A stretch of 64,000 nt of DNA from Callorhinchus milii (Eukaryota): NCBI RefSeq assembly GCF_018977255.1, contig NW_024704743.1, forward strand, positions 7,256,001 through 7,320,000, given 5' to 3'. Below the pieces are notes generated by a model, which was not told the DNA's origin, ran no database searches, and saw nothing but the letters and a program-made list of their open reading frames with translations. Positions 48,424 through 61,244 of this stretch are shown here, piece after piece. How positions within the stretch are numbered: position 1 is the stretch's first letter; the number at the start of each line of letters is the position of its first letter. A program made the translations under genes and the position numbers.

Positions 48424-48737
48424 ATAATAATAATAATCCTTGCATTTGATATAGCATTTTTCACATCTTCTAGACGTCTCAAAGCGCTTCACAGATTATT
48501 CTGTAAAGTGAATTGACTGTATATTTGTGGGCGAAATGCGGCAGCTAATTGTGCACAGCAGTGTCCCACAAACAGTCGTGGATTGAAGTGACCAATTTAT
48601 TATTGTGTTTTTTCTTGAGGAATTATTATTTGGCATGTGGAATAAGTAAACTTGCCCAAGGTTTTGCCCTGCTGGGAATCAAACCCAGGTCTCTTGCTTG
48701 AGAGGTGAGTGCTCTAACCACTGAGCTACAGGACTCC
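48424..48737 (-). mobile_element. intermediate SINE subfamily, full length
   Basis: Same head; TTCCACATGCCAAATAATAAT junction; tail GAGACGTCTAGAAGATGTGAAAAA. Confidence 0.88.
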
Positions 48738-49448
48738 ATTTTACATTTTATTTTGGTCATCTGGGAGTCTTGACACATGAAGACATTAATCTCCATGGTT
48801 AAAAGTAACAAAACCAGGCAGAGTTCCATATATGCCAACTACACATTGAAATTCTTGTGCTTGGAATGGCAAAGACAATCTTTCCCAGGAGCAATGCACC
48901 CTGTTTATCTAATTGCAGGGAGTATTGGGCACAGCTTGTTTAATCTATGCTATACAACAATTTAGATTTATATTGGATCTTTCACACAGGAGAAGGTCTA
49001 AAAACCTTTAGACCAAACTTGAAAGTCCTCCACCTTCTCTCACAATTCTTCTGTTTTAAAATCAATACTGTTGTCATGGTTCTGCCAAGCTTTCCTCTCA
49101 AGGTCCAAATGCAATCCTATCTAACACAGTATTAAAATCAAAACCCACTTACACCATTCTCTACTCTAAGTCATTTTTTCCAGGACATTATAATATCTCA
49201 TTTGTTTTAAAAGACAACTTTGGGGTCACTCAACATCTACCCCTTGTTTTAGATCAGCTCTTCTCTTATGATTCTTAATGGTTGGCTCTGATACCTTCAC
49301 CCGGATTTCAACATTTATAAAAGGTAAACACTGTTAACTGTATTGCTCAGGTGATACCTTTAGCAGTAGATAATTCTAACTTCCCAAATGCTCTGGCAGC
49401 CAAATGTGAAAATCACAACTGTTCTTGGTTAATGGGATGTTACAACTT

Positions 49449-49776
49449 TAATAATAATAATAATAATAATCCTTGCATTTGATATAGCGCTTTTCACGTC
49501 GGGAGGACGTCCCAAAGCGCTTCACAGAACACATTGTAAAGTGAATTGACTGTATATTTGTGGACGAACGCGGCAGCCAATTGCGCACAGCAATGTCCCA
49601 CAAACAGTCGTAGATTGAAAATGACCAATTTATTATTGTTTTTGGTTTTGGAGGGATTATTATTAGGCTCTGTGTGGAGTAAGGAAACTTGCCCAAGGTT
49701 TCGCCCTCTGCCGGGAATTGAACTCAGGTCTCTCGCTTGCAAAGCGAGTGCTCTAACCACTGAGCTACAGGACTCC
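49449..49776 (-). mobile_element. young tRNA-derived SINE, full length
   Basis: Nearly identical to the copies at 2049-2380 and 61358-61684. Confidence 0.92.
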
Positions 49777-52487
49777 TTTGGTAAAATAAGGAAATATATT
49801 CATGTATAGGGAGCTTTTTCTTGAAGATTGAAATGATATTCACACATAAATCCAAGGTATTTGGGTGAAATTCAATCAGTTTAAAAAAAACTTTCACCCA
49901 AATTTCACTTTCAAAACAGAATTTGCCTATTTTAAGCAACAACCGTGATGGTGGACATGCAACCCAAAACCTTCTGTGCTTCACTGTTGTTTATGGGAAT
50001 GTATGAACACGCACATCACATTGCACAGACCAGGCCGGTAAACCAATTTGGGAAACATGGCGTATTCCAACAACAACAAAATCACATTTGTATAGCGCCT
50101 TTCACGTCGGGAGGACATCCCAAGGCGCTGGATAGACAGAGTTACGGACCCAAGCTGAGGGTCGTGGTTGGGGAGGGGGGAGGGCGGGGGGGAAGCAGGG
50201 AGATCGAAAGCATGGTTGAAGAGGAGGGTCTTGAAGGTGGTTAAGGAGGGGGCGAGACAGAGGGACTGCGGGATGGAGTTCCAGAGGGTGTAATACATAT
50301 GATATGTATTACATAATTTAATATGTTCAAATCAATAAAGAATTGATGGGCCAAATGCTCTGTTTCTGTGCTGCAGACATCCTCCTGGTGTGAAAATGCG
50401 CTTTATAAATCTAAATTGAATTGTATTCTATCAGTTTCTGAAGCAACTGCTTTAATTGAGATCCACAGCTAATTGCTTATTCTCTATTCAGCTAGGAGAT
50501 GGCATTATGGGCTGGGCTGGGCTGTGCTGGGATTATATCCACCTCTGTCATTGGCAAGAAACCATTACATTGTAAAACAATGTCACCTACAAGATGGAGG
50601 CAAAATAATCTTCTAATGTCCTGCAAAGTACTTAATCTTGTGAGACGTGTATCTAGTGTTTCTTTGAAGTTATGAGGGTATATACACATGAGGGAGAGGG
50701 AACAGAAGAAGGGTTTGGGGGGAGTAAGGAATGGATGGAGATGCATGTGGAGTATAAACACTGACACCGACTGGTTGAACCAAATTGCCTGGTTTATGTA
50801 CTGTATAGTCTATGTAAATCTTTGTAAAACCTAGACTCTTGATGGGCCACAGTCCATGAACCCCAGCAAAGCTTCTGGTACCTTGCCTGGGTGTTCATTC
50901 TGCACATGTGCATCTAGGCAGTGTCTGGCACAAGGCATTTACACTGAGAAATCATTTATCCTCCTTGGGGAGAGGTAAGCAGTGTCTCTCCTTGGAGGTG
51001 AACTATCTCTAAAGTGACATATTTGAAAATGGATGTCAGAATCGAGCAAGGACAGACCAGTCACTGGGGGAAGGGAATCTTCCCACTCAGCTCCTGCTAA
51101 TCTGCAAGCCAAAGCCCTTGCGGGTAAGGTTACTAGTCGGACAATTTTGTCTAAAAGAACATCTAAAATTGCTTCCCAACGGTAGCAACACTACAGCGCT
51201 TCTTATCCTGTTGTTGGCCTTTATTTGACATATGACAGCATGGCTCAGTTCTGTTACCTTAGTAGCCGGCCTTGGCAGAGGGCTCAATTCAAGATAGAGT
51301 GGAGAGACGAGGAGCAGGTCCACTTGCCTGTGGGAGCTGTGAGAACCAATATCAGAGAAGGTCCTATAGAACCTGTGCTCATCCGCATTATGTGTAAGTC
51401 TCAAACAACAACAACAAGTTAATAATAATAACAAATTGCAGTTATATATCGCCTTTGATGGTGGGAAAACGTCCCAAAGTACTTTCAAAAAGAGAAGGGA
51501 TCTTTTGAAAATAATCATTCTAAGTCTGCGGGCAGCCTATGTAGAGGAAGAGCCTTGCAGATCAGCACTTGCCGAAGGACTATCTTATTATGAATCTCTA
51601 ATCGTTTAACAATTGTTCAAAGGATGGCTTCATTTCCACATGAACAACTTTTTAACGCTGTCTCAACTAACCGTTGCAAATATGAACATAATTAGAATTG
51701 TTTCAATCTGCTGGGTGTCTGATAAGATGCTCCTGCATTGATGCTTCCACCAAACTGAATGCAGATGTTTATAGCTGATAAGAAAACTGAGGACAACAGT
51801 TGCTGGAAGGCTTTATCTGGAATCTGATTTGTGAACACTAGCTCATGTATCCAAGCTTTGCTATCTACCTTGATTGATATGCAAAGAGGTAAGCAACTGC
51901 TCCTCAAGCTCTGGCACTCCAACTGGTTGAGGGGTTGGGATCACTTAATGGGTTGGGATGTGTGTTTGAGCTGTCATGTTGAATAATATTGTTCACGAGG
52001 GAAGATCACGGGGAGTTCCTGGTACTTGTGATCCGCCTTGTGTGTCACTAGGCTGACTCAGTTGGTAGCACGCTTGCCTCTGAGTCAGAAGGTTGTGGAT
52101 CCAGCCCCACGTCTGAACTTGGAACTCATATAGTCTACAGTCACTAATAATAATAATAATCCTTGCATTTCTTATCGAGCTTTATCATGTCGTTAAGATG
52201 TCTCAAAGCAGAATATTCATAGAATATATTATAAAGTAGTTTTGATTGTGTATCTTGTGGACGAAATGCGGAAGCCAATCGCGCACAGCAGTGTCCCACA
52301 AACAGTCGTGGATTGAATGACCAAATTTTGGAGGAATTATTACCTGCGGAAAGCAACCGGCCACTCCATTGGCGTGCTGCATTGTTGGAGATGCCGTCCT
52401 TCAGGTGAGACTTACCCAAGGTTCCTTCGGCTTGTTCAGATGAACCTTAAGGACCAAATCAGAGTGGTTTTAAAGCACTACCTTTGT

Positions 52488-52808
52488 GGAGTCCTGTAGC
52501 TCAGTGGTTAGAGCACTCGCTTTGCAAGTGAGAGACCTGAGTTCAATTCCAGGCAGGTCAGGGCGAAACCTTGGGTAAGTTTCCTTACTCCACACATCTA
52601 ATAATAATCCCTCCAAAAACCAAAAACAATAATAAATTGGTCATTTTCAATCTACGGCTGTTTGTGGGACATTGCTGTGTGCAATTGGCTGCCGCGTTCG
52701 CCCACAAATATACAGTCAATTCACTTTACAGTGTGTTCTGTGAAGCGCTTTGGGACGTCCTCCCGACGTGAAAAGCACTATATCAAATGCAAGGATTATT
52801 ATTATTAT
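52488..52808 (+). mobile_element. young tRNA-derived SINE (GTCA-insertion subfamily), nested in an old Deu-SINE
   Basis: Same head and tail as the other young copies; diagnostic GGCAGGTCAGGGCG shared with 55947-56264. Confidence 0.92.
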
Positions 52809-53302
52809 ATCGCACTATTCAAAAAGAGAAGGGACCTTTTGAAAATAATCATTCGCACCATCTAGTTCTCTCGTTTCATATACAGATGTAATTTGTTTGC
52901 TCTACCAGATGGTGGCAGCAGAGACCAATCCTAGCACCAGTATGCTGTGCACTTCAAGTTCATCATAACATAAAATTGTATTTGGCAACTTGATACCAGT
53001 AAACTCTAATCCTCCAATTGCATAATAAAGAACAGTCTCTATTCTTGATCCCTATTGAAGAATAGATGAAATGCATTGTTAATGAGTCAATGAAGTGTTC
53101 CCTTACGTCATCTTTGCCTTACAACTCATTTAACAGAAGAGTCATCAATAACGTCATCTGTGTTTCTTATAATTATGCATCACTGAATGGGTGGTAACAC
53201 ACTGTGACATATGTGTAGGTGTGGGGAATACCTACCGTTACCTAATTCTAGCATTGCTGTATGCTAATTCACTCTCTCACTCTATCTATCTTTACATTAC
53301 TT

Positions 53303-53666
53303 GTGGAGTCCTGTGGAGTAACAGTTCGAGCGCCTGGGTTTGATTCCTGGGCAGGGAGAAACGTTAGGCAAGTTTCCTTATTCCACAAGTCTCTGTTTAC
53401 CTAGCAGTAAGTTGGAACTCGGTTGTTTGTCAATTGGCGGATTGCTTTTCCGGCAGTAATAAACCCTTCAAAAAAAAAATATTGGTCCACAACTATCAAT
53501 CCACGACTATCAATCCACAGTGTCAAGGACACTACTGTGTTCAATTGGCTGCCACGTTTTGTCCACAAAATATAGTCAATTCACTTTACGGTATATTCTG
53601 TGAAGTGCTTTGAGATGTATCAATGAAGTGATAAGGCACTAAGTCAAATGCACAGATTATTATTAT
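53303..53666 (+). mobile_element. older long form of the tRNA-SINE
   Basis: GTGGAGTCCTGT start, central segment and tail. Confidence 0.82.
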
Positions 53667-54859
53667 CATTCAGCTAAAGTGAGCTTTTAGCAATTAGGAG
53701 TTGCTTCAATAAAGCTTCTAAGCTTCTGAAAGTTGTGAATTCCTTGTGTTTTGTAAATGTTGTTCCTCCAAGTTTCTCTCATGATGGCTTGGCTTTGACT
53801 CATGATGGGATGTTGTTTTCTGAGTGACATCAACTCTTCATTACCTTATCCACGGAGTCGGATAGAAATTTAGGAAGTAAAACTAAATAACCTTCTGACT
53901 GAAAGGTGAGCATGCTAACAAATTAACCCAACTGACACCTGATAAGGCATAAGGAGAGAATGCAGGGAAATGGAATTAAAATATCTGCCATGATCTAACA
54001 AACTCATTGTATTAAATGGTCTCCTGTTCCTTTGTTCCTTAGAGCTCATTTTCATGTATGACCTTGGACAGCCAGAGTTAGTAGGATATTGGATCACAGG
54101 GAGATCATAGCTGAGCCAAACTGCATCCTCACCAAAGCTGACAAGAGGCACTTTTCATCAGTGGAAACTGGATAGCAATCCTACCTGGTGTGGTCACGTC
54201 TCGCTCAGAGGTCAATTGCAAACTCCTCACCTCCCACCGTAACTGTGGTTCATATAATTCACATGAGAGGTATGGATGAAGAAGGCCCTTCAGCCCATTT
54301 AATACCAATTCAACCGTTGACTGAGTGAAATTATTACTTTTAATGCTCATTTTAATAATCTTGTATTGTCTTGTTACAGGGCTACAGCAATGTAAATGAC
54401 TTCAAAGGCCATATATTGAGTAAATTTAAATAATCAGGCACCGATACACTTCTGTCTGACTGGAAGCATCAATAGTGCATGAATTTATTAATGCCCACAA
54501 ACCACACAATCACTCCACTTTACAGTAATCCTGTGAAGGGCATTTAGACATCCCCAGGGTGAAAGACTATATACTAAATGTATATATTATCATTATAATA
54601 ATCTAAGATTATTTCTTGCCTTCATTTTATTGATATCACTACCTCTTTGCTTCCCCTTTTTCTTACAAAAAGAGAATCAATATAAAACTATGGATGTGTA
54701 TGAGCTTGATTTTGTGGTCACTCATCAGGTTACAGGTGGCTGTAGTCCATGAGCAGGTTTGATGATAAGCAACAAATATTTTAAGTGCCGTCCTGTCATA
54801 AATTTAGTCATGTTCAAATGCCACCCCACGTTTGATTGATCTTGTGACTCATTCTGAGG

Positions 54860-55560
54860 GAAGATAGGAGGGTGGAGATGACCGAGAGGAAGGTGGGGGA
54901 GGGTTTGGGGGGGCTGGTAAATTTTGAGGGAAAGGTTGGAGGGATGATAAAGACTAAGGTGCTTGAAGGAGGGGAAGGTTCCAGGGGAGTAAGGGGATAG
55001 GCCAAGTGGAGACCTGGAGATGAGGGCAACAGCACCATCATGGCGGTTAGGTTGTGGGGTATGATGGAAGGTGTAGCTGGGTGGTGTGGTCTCTGTCAGG
55101 GGGAAGGTGTCCCCTGGAGTGACCCAGGTTTCGGATGTAGATGTTTTCACCAACAGTGAGGTCTTGGATGATGAGTGTTTTACTGGAGAGGGAGAAGACA
55201 TTTTGTAGGCCAACGCGGAGGGGACACCTGGTGGTGGAAGAATGGGTGAGACGAGATGGGGAGGGGAAGGATTGACAGGGAGGGTGGGGATGTGGATAAG
55301 GGAGAAGAGGTTGGCCCCCGGGGTCAGGGCCTTGCGACGGAGGTGAAGGGCGGGGCAGTCAGAGTGGCGGCTGTTGGACAGCCAGTGGCATCTGCCACGG
55401 TGGGCGCCTGGGTGGATTTGCAGGCTAGAGCAGAGGGAGGTTGTGGGATGGTCAAGCAGGGATAGGAGGTGGGGAGGGCGGTGGGAGAGGAGGATCGAGC
55501 GGGAGTTGTGGAGTGGGAGCATTTTGGGGGAAGCAGCTCGGGTCAGTGACAGCAGCCAAA
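54860..55560 (-). mobile_element. L2 ORF2 N-terminal (AP-endonuclease) fragment
   Basis: SETW..PGDTFPL.ETTPPSYTFHHTP.PNR..GAVALI resembles the L2 endonuclease start; frameshifted. Confidence 0.75.
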
Positions 55561-55946
55561 ATGCCTGTGTTTACCAGGGGGCCATGACATTTCACATGGG
55601 TTTAGCCTTAAGTTTACTGCTTAAAAAATGTAAGATTGTGAGCCATTGTGGAACATTCTTAAATTCGGTCTAAATTTGGAAACCCTTTCTACCTAAGAAA
55701 TGTGGAAAACAGATCCAAATTAAAATTAAAGGGAAGAATTTTCCACAGTTTTACATCTTAAGAGAAAATAAACTTACAAGCTAAGACTTCACGGAATATC
55801 AGAACTGAACTCCCTGGTCAGGACTCCACCTTAAAAGAGAGACGGGATTTCATCCAAAAGATGTGGCATTTCCCCAATACTGGAGGATCAGTCTGGGACT
55901 TGAAACCTCAAGCACCTAACGTGAAACTTGTGACAACAACCATCGT

Positions 55947-56264
55947 GGAGTCCTGTAGCTCAGTGGTTAGAGCACTCGCTTTGCAAGCGAGAGACCTGAG
56001 TTCAATTCCAGGCAGGTCAGGGCGAAACCTTGGGCAAGTTTCCTTACTCCACACACCTAATAATAATCCCTCCAAAACAAAACAATAATAAATTGGTCAT
56101 TTTCAATCTACGACTGTTTGTGGGACATTGCTGTGCGCAATTGGCTGCCGCGTTCGCCCACAAATATACAGTCAATTCACTTTACAGTCTATTCTGTGAA
56201 GCGCTTTGGGACGTCCTCCCGACGTGAAAAGCGCTATATCAAATGCAAGGATTATTATTATTAT
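55947..56264 (+). mobile_element. young tRNA-derived SINE (GTCA-insertion subfamily), nested in an old SINE head
   Basis: Full length; ATC occurs at both junctions; the host sequence resumes TGACTCAGAGG. Confidence 0.92.
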
Positions 56265-58139
56265 CTGACTCAGAGGTGAAAGTGATTCCAGCTGAGCCAT
56301 GTTGATACATGAATTGGTGAACTGGAAACAGGCATCAACTGCTCACACATTGCACCCAACCACCCACACAAAACTTGAGTCATCTATATCTTCTTTTAAA
56401 CAAATAAAATCTCCATTCATAGAACGATTGCACTTATGATGCCCGGAGGAAATCTACAAGCTTTTGGCCGACATATCAATAAAGGCTATTTATAACAGTA
56501 ATAGTAATCCTCACATTTGATATAGAGCCTGATCATGTCATTGAGATGAAAAGCGCTTCACAGGATTTTAGGTGAATGCAGGAGCCAATTTATGCACAGC
56601 AATATTTCCAGAAACAGCCAGGAAGTGAATGATCAATTTTATCTGTGGGGATTATTGGCTAGGATAGCGTGAGAACCTCCCTTCTCGTTTCAAGTAGTGG
56701 CAGGTGATCTTTTAACGTACATCTGTACAGGCAGACAGCACCTTGGGACTTCCTGCAATGCATTGCTCCCCTAACATGGCATTGGTTGTCAGCCTAGACT
56801 GTGAGATCAAAGTCCTAACAAGAACTTGTACCCATGATATTCTGACTCAGAGGCAAGCATGCTACTAACTGTGCCAAACTGACACCTATTTATAGACCTC
56901 ATTACAAAATCTACTAGGAAAGTAGGTGGAAAATTAATAAACTTCACCAAGTTTAACACCTGTTTGAAAAAAGTTCGTAAAATTTCACCAAGGCTAAAGG
57001 GCTTATTACTGCCATTTTACTTCACTTGGAATTTACGGGGTACTTACCAGAAGTGTGGATTAAGGCTTCCAAGAGCTAGCTTTGTTCCTGATGAATCCTA
57101 GCCCACTTCTGGTCCTATAGAAGAATGAAACAGGTTTCAGCTAAGAATAGGCAAACTACATTGGGCCCAATAAGCCTCAAGCCTATCTACCTGCTTATTA
57201 TCGTTCACCTCCATCTGTTGATTGTTCACCGCAAAACACATAGTCACTTCACTTTACAGTATATCCTGTGAAGCTTTTTAAGATGATATCCCAATGTAAA
57301 AGGTGCTAAACCAAATGTAAGGATATTATTGTTAGTAGTAGTATTAATAGTAGTATTAGTATCATTTTACAGTTGAAATCACTCCGTAGAGGTCATTTCT
57401 AAATGGTTTTCAGAGTAGTACCACTACCACTTTACACATGAATGGATGTTACTTTTCTTAATATATTTAAGCTTCTTAAAATAGTTACTTTTGCGCAAGG
57501 TTCACCAGGTATTTTGTCAAGCCACATTTGAATAGTCTTATTATTGCACTGATGACTATATGGTCTATATTTTATTATTATTATTATTATTATATTATTA
57601 GATCACTCCACAGAGGTACTTTCTGAGTGTTTTTCAATTTTCAGTGATGGGTCAGCAAAACCAATAACAATGCCACATTACACTTTAATTGTTGTTACTT
57701 TCTTTAGTATATTTGAACTTCCCCAGATAGCTACTTTCTGCAGGAGTGCACATTTTTGTGGACCTGGAATTAATGAATTATTTATTGTCTGGTAGTTAAT
57801 CTTGGATTTCCTATGTAACACCACCTGCATTGAAGGGGATATGGTAGAGTTCAGGGACCACCCCCCTTTGTGGTGGTTGTGTCTAGGGACTATTTAAGGT
57901 TTGCACATGCTCAATAAGGGGTGTCTGATCAGAAACAAGATGGGGAGTCCCACATTCGTGTTTGGGCTGAGGTAAAATTAAAACTTTATAATTATTACTT
58001 GGTGTGTGGATTAATTCCTATTAGTAATTAATGAGAACCCTTCCCTTAATCAGGAGAAACGTCATTCCTAAAACCTCATCAGAAGGCTATAGAACGTAGA
58101 CACATGCTATATTATTGGGCCAAATAGATGCATATATAG

Positions 58140-59030
58140 GGTGGCTCTATAGGTAGCACTCTTGGCATTGAATCAGAAGGTTGTGGGTTCAAGCCTCACA
58201 TTGGGTCTCAGAACCCATATGGACTATGCTGACATTCCAATGCAGTACTCGTGCTCTGCTGCATTGTCAGAGGTGCCATGATTTGGATGAGATGTTAAGC
58301 CAAGGCCCTGTTTCCATGTTCAGATAAATGTTAAAGATCCCATAGCACTATTTGAAGAGAGTGACTATCCTCTTTGGGGGAGGGGGAGGTAAGCGGGGTC
58401 TCCTTGGAGCTGAAGGTGACATGCCTGGTAATGGAATGTCAGAATCAAGCCAGCCCTCTGTGGCGGTCAGTAGTCAGTAGTCTTTTTTCTGAGCCAGGCG
58501 GGTCCATAGTATTCCAGGGCACTGCTGATGACAGCACAGCCCAGCCTGGCCCATCGGCAGGACCTGGAAGGACAGACCAGTCACTGGCGGTAGGGAGTCA
58601 TCCTCAGCTCCTGTAACCCTGCAAATCAAAGCCCTAATGGGGCGGGTGGTCCTAGCTGGACAAGCAGCGGGAAAGCTTGCCAGACAGCAATATCAATGGC
58701 AAGCTGTGCGGTTTTAGCTGGTTGGACTCCAGCAGTTACCCCAACGCACACTCTGGGGTCCCCAAGCCTTGGCTCTTGCCGACCTATACCTAATACTTTC
58801 TGGAATTAGGTAAACAAGATGCATCCCTCCAGGGAGAGAGTGCGCATTCCATTCTAACAATCTATCTCTGGGATTTCCATGTGTAGGTGGGATGCATGGA
58901 AATCTCCGTTTGGTTTGGATACTCTTAAGCATGGTGATGGGTTTCCGCATGTGTCAGACATCTGACTGGCCAAAAAAAAATTGAAGAGAGAAGGGAGTTT
59001 TTCCCATTGTCCTGCCAACAATCCCCAAGT
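58140..59030 (+). mobile_element. ancient Deu-domain SINE interrupted by the 619-bp element
   Basis: Body runs to GCACTATTTGAAGAGAG (58361) and resumes at TTGAAGAGAGAAGGGAG (58981). Confidence 0.78.
58362..58980 (+). mobile_element. unclassified 619-bp non-autonomous retroelement, apparently full length
   Basis: Ends in A9 and is flanked by the 10-bp TSD TTGAAGAGAG (58352-58361 and 58981-58990). Homologous copies occur elsewhere in the window. Confidence 0.8.
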
Positions 59031-59129
59031 GTTTGTTTCCTCCAACATAAAACCTATTTGTAACTCGCGAACATTAGTTAAATAGTGTGATGCCATCTGT
59101 GGCCAGAATCAATTAAATGATTAGACAAG

Positions 59130-59830
59130 CCCTTCAGTCTTGAAAGAAGAAGACACAGAGGGATCTCATAGAGGTGTATAGCATTTTGAATGGAATGGAC
59201 AAAGTCAACCCAGAACAATACATTAGAATGTAGAACAAGAGGACATATATTTTGAGTTGAGAAGGACAATTGCAGGACAGATACCAGAGCATTTTTCTTT
59301 ACGCAGAGTAATTAATTACTGGAATTAAATAATTAATGACTGAAGGAGGTGACCAGGAAGGGTGAACAGGACACTGAACTCATTGAAACACAGCTTGATG
59401 TTGTGATAGGAGGAAAGTAAGATGGGTGTCTTGGAGATTGGAATGGGCTGAAGGGCTTTCTTTATCCAAACCAATCTCCTGATCTTGTGATGTTTCTTGA
59501 ATGGATGGCATAATAAGCAAAGGCTTTATAGCTTTGAAGAGAAACAACTCAGAGGGGACCTTATGGAGAAAGTAAACTGGGACTGGGAGCAGGACAAGAA
59601 AGTACAGGTTCAGGGTTGTGAAGGGCAATCTTAGGATAGATAGTAGGAAGTATTACTTTACCCATAGGAAAATCAGCAGCTGAAATGAATTACCAGAAAA
59701 GATGATAGAAGACCAGGATATTGGGCTCATTTAATGCTGTGGTGGGAAGACATTAGGGTGGGTTTTCTGGAAGGATGAGATTAAATAAGTCGAAGAACCT
59801 TCTTTATCCAAACCTCTTGTTATCTCACGA
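59130..59830 (+). mobile_element. two tandem degraded CR1 3' ends
   Basis: Twice TTCAGTCTTGAAAGAAGAAGAC..AGAGGGGATCT...ACAAGAGGACA...GAATGGGCTGAAGGGC-type sequence. Confidence 0.65.
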
Positions 59831-61244
59831 CAAGCAGACCCGTGACAAAAAACTAAATTTAAAAAAAAGTTTTTCCACTGGAGGTGAAATGGGGAAGTGT
59901 AGGCCAACAGTGCAGTTTTGCAAACTATTGTTTATTGAATTCCTGTTGTACTTCAAAGTCAGCTTGCACTTCCTGAAGAACATGCATTCTTCAATTATTA
60001 TGATACTTTGTGACTCCCACACAGAGCCTTTGATTTATTATTCAAGTCCTCTCCTCCAGTAGGTGCTGGATTAAGGAATGTTCTTTGTCTCAATAACATG
60101 CTGGCTGTTGTCGAGTTATCATTGAAGTTTCCAGTCTTCTGAAACTTGGTCAAATAAAATTGCTGTCGACTATTAATTTTCAAGCATGGCTTAGATTACA
60201 AAGTAAATGCCAACCTTAAGCTTCTTTGTGTGCAAATAATATTGCAACACAATCGGTTAGAAAATGCTGGATATTTAACTGTACTGTTTAAAAGAGGAGT
60301 GTGACTTCACCTAATTAATATTTTTGCTTGTATTCATAATGTGCCATTGTTCACTGTCTGATCACACCTCTCTCAGAGCTGAAACACACCATCCCTAACT
60401 ATCTGATCTCATTCCCCTCTCTCAGAGCTGAAGTAACTGTTCTTCACTGTCTGTTCTCTCTCATTATATAAACTGGTTGCTCGTTTATCTTTCAGAAATG
60501 GCGAAGGTGACTGTAAATTGTGCATCTCATTGCTGCTGGAGAGTTAAAGACAAAGATGTTAATGATGATAAATTGGAGAAGTAGATCAGAGTTTTCAATT
60601 ATGAGGAAAGACTTGAGAAGCCAAGACTTTTTTTCACTAGGTTGAGGGGTGGATAACTTGTCAGTGGTCTTTGAGATCATCAAGGATTATGATACAACAA
60701 CAAGGACTTGCATTTATATAGCGTCTTTCACGCGGAGCAGCATCTTGGAACGCTTAACAGTAGCAGTGTTTTATACCGAGCCAGAGAGAGAGGGGAGATG
60801 ACTGTAAGCATGGCGAAGAGGAATGCTTCAGGTGTGATCTGAAGGAGGGGGCAAAGTGGAGGGGCTGAGGCAGAAAGTTCTAGAATTTTCAGGGAGTTGT
60901 GGCGCATGACCACCAATAGTGAAGTGGAGGGGACGAAGGACGTGCAGAAAACAATAGGGTAATAGTAATAGATTATAGGTTAATCTATTCCTAACCTTCC
61001 TTTAATTATTTTTGTGATTATCTTAAATATTTGCCTTTAAGATAATTACAAAAGGAATTAAAGGGTGAGTTAGAAATAAGTTCTTAACAGAGAGCAGAAT
61101 GTAGAATTTCTTTACCACAAACTATAGTCTGACCCCACAAACTAGGGTCAGACCCTGCCACTGTCAAGCACTCCAGGACACCACCCCATGTGAAGGGCGC
61201 TATGTAAATGCAAGTTGTTGTTTTTGTTGAAAAATAATTATAAA

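Noticed and set aside
57814..58010. Possible second LTR beginning TGTAACA
   Set aside because: No matching CA end or TSD found.
58525..58575. CTGATGA hammerhead-like core in the 619-bp element
   Set aside because: No stem II followed by GAAA could be placed.
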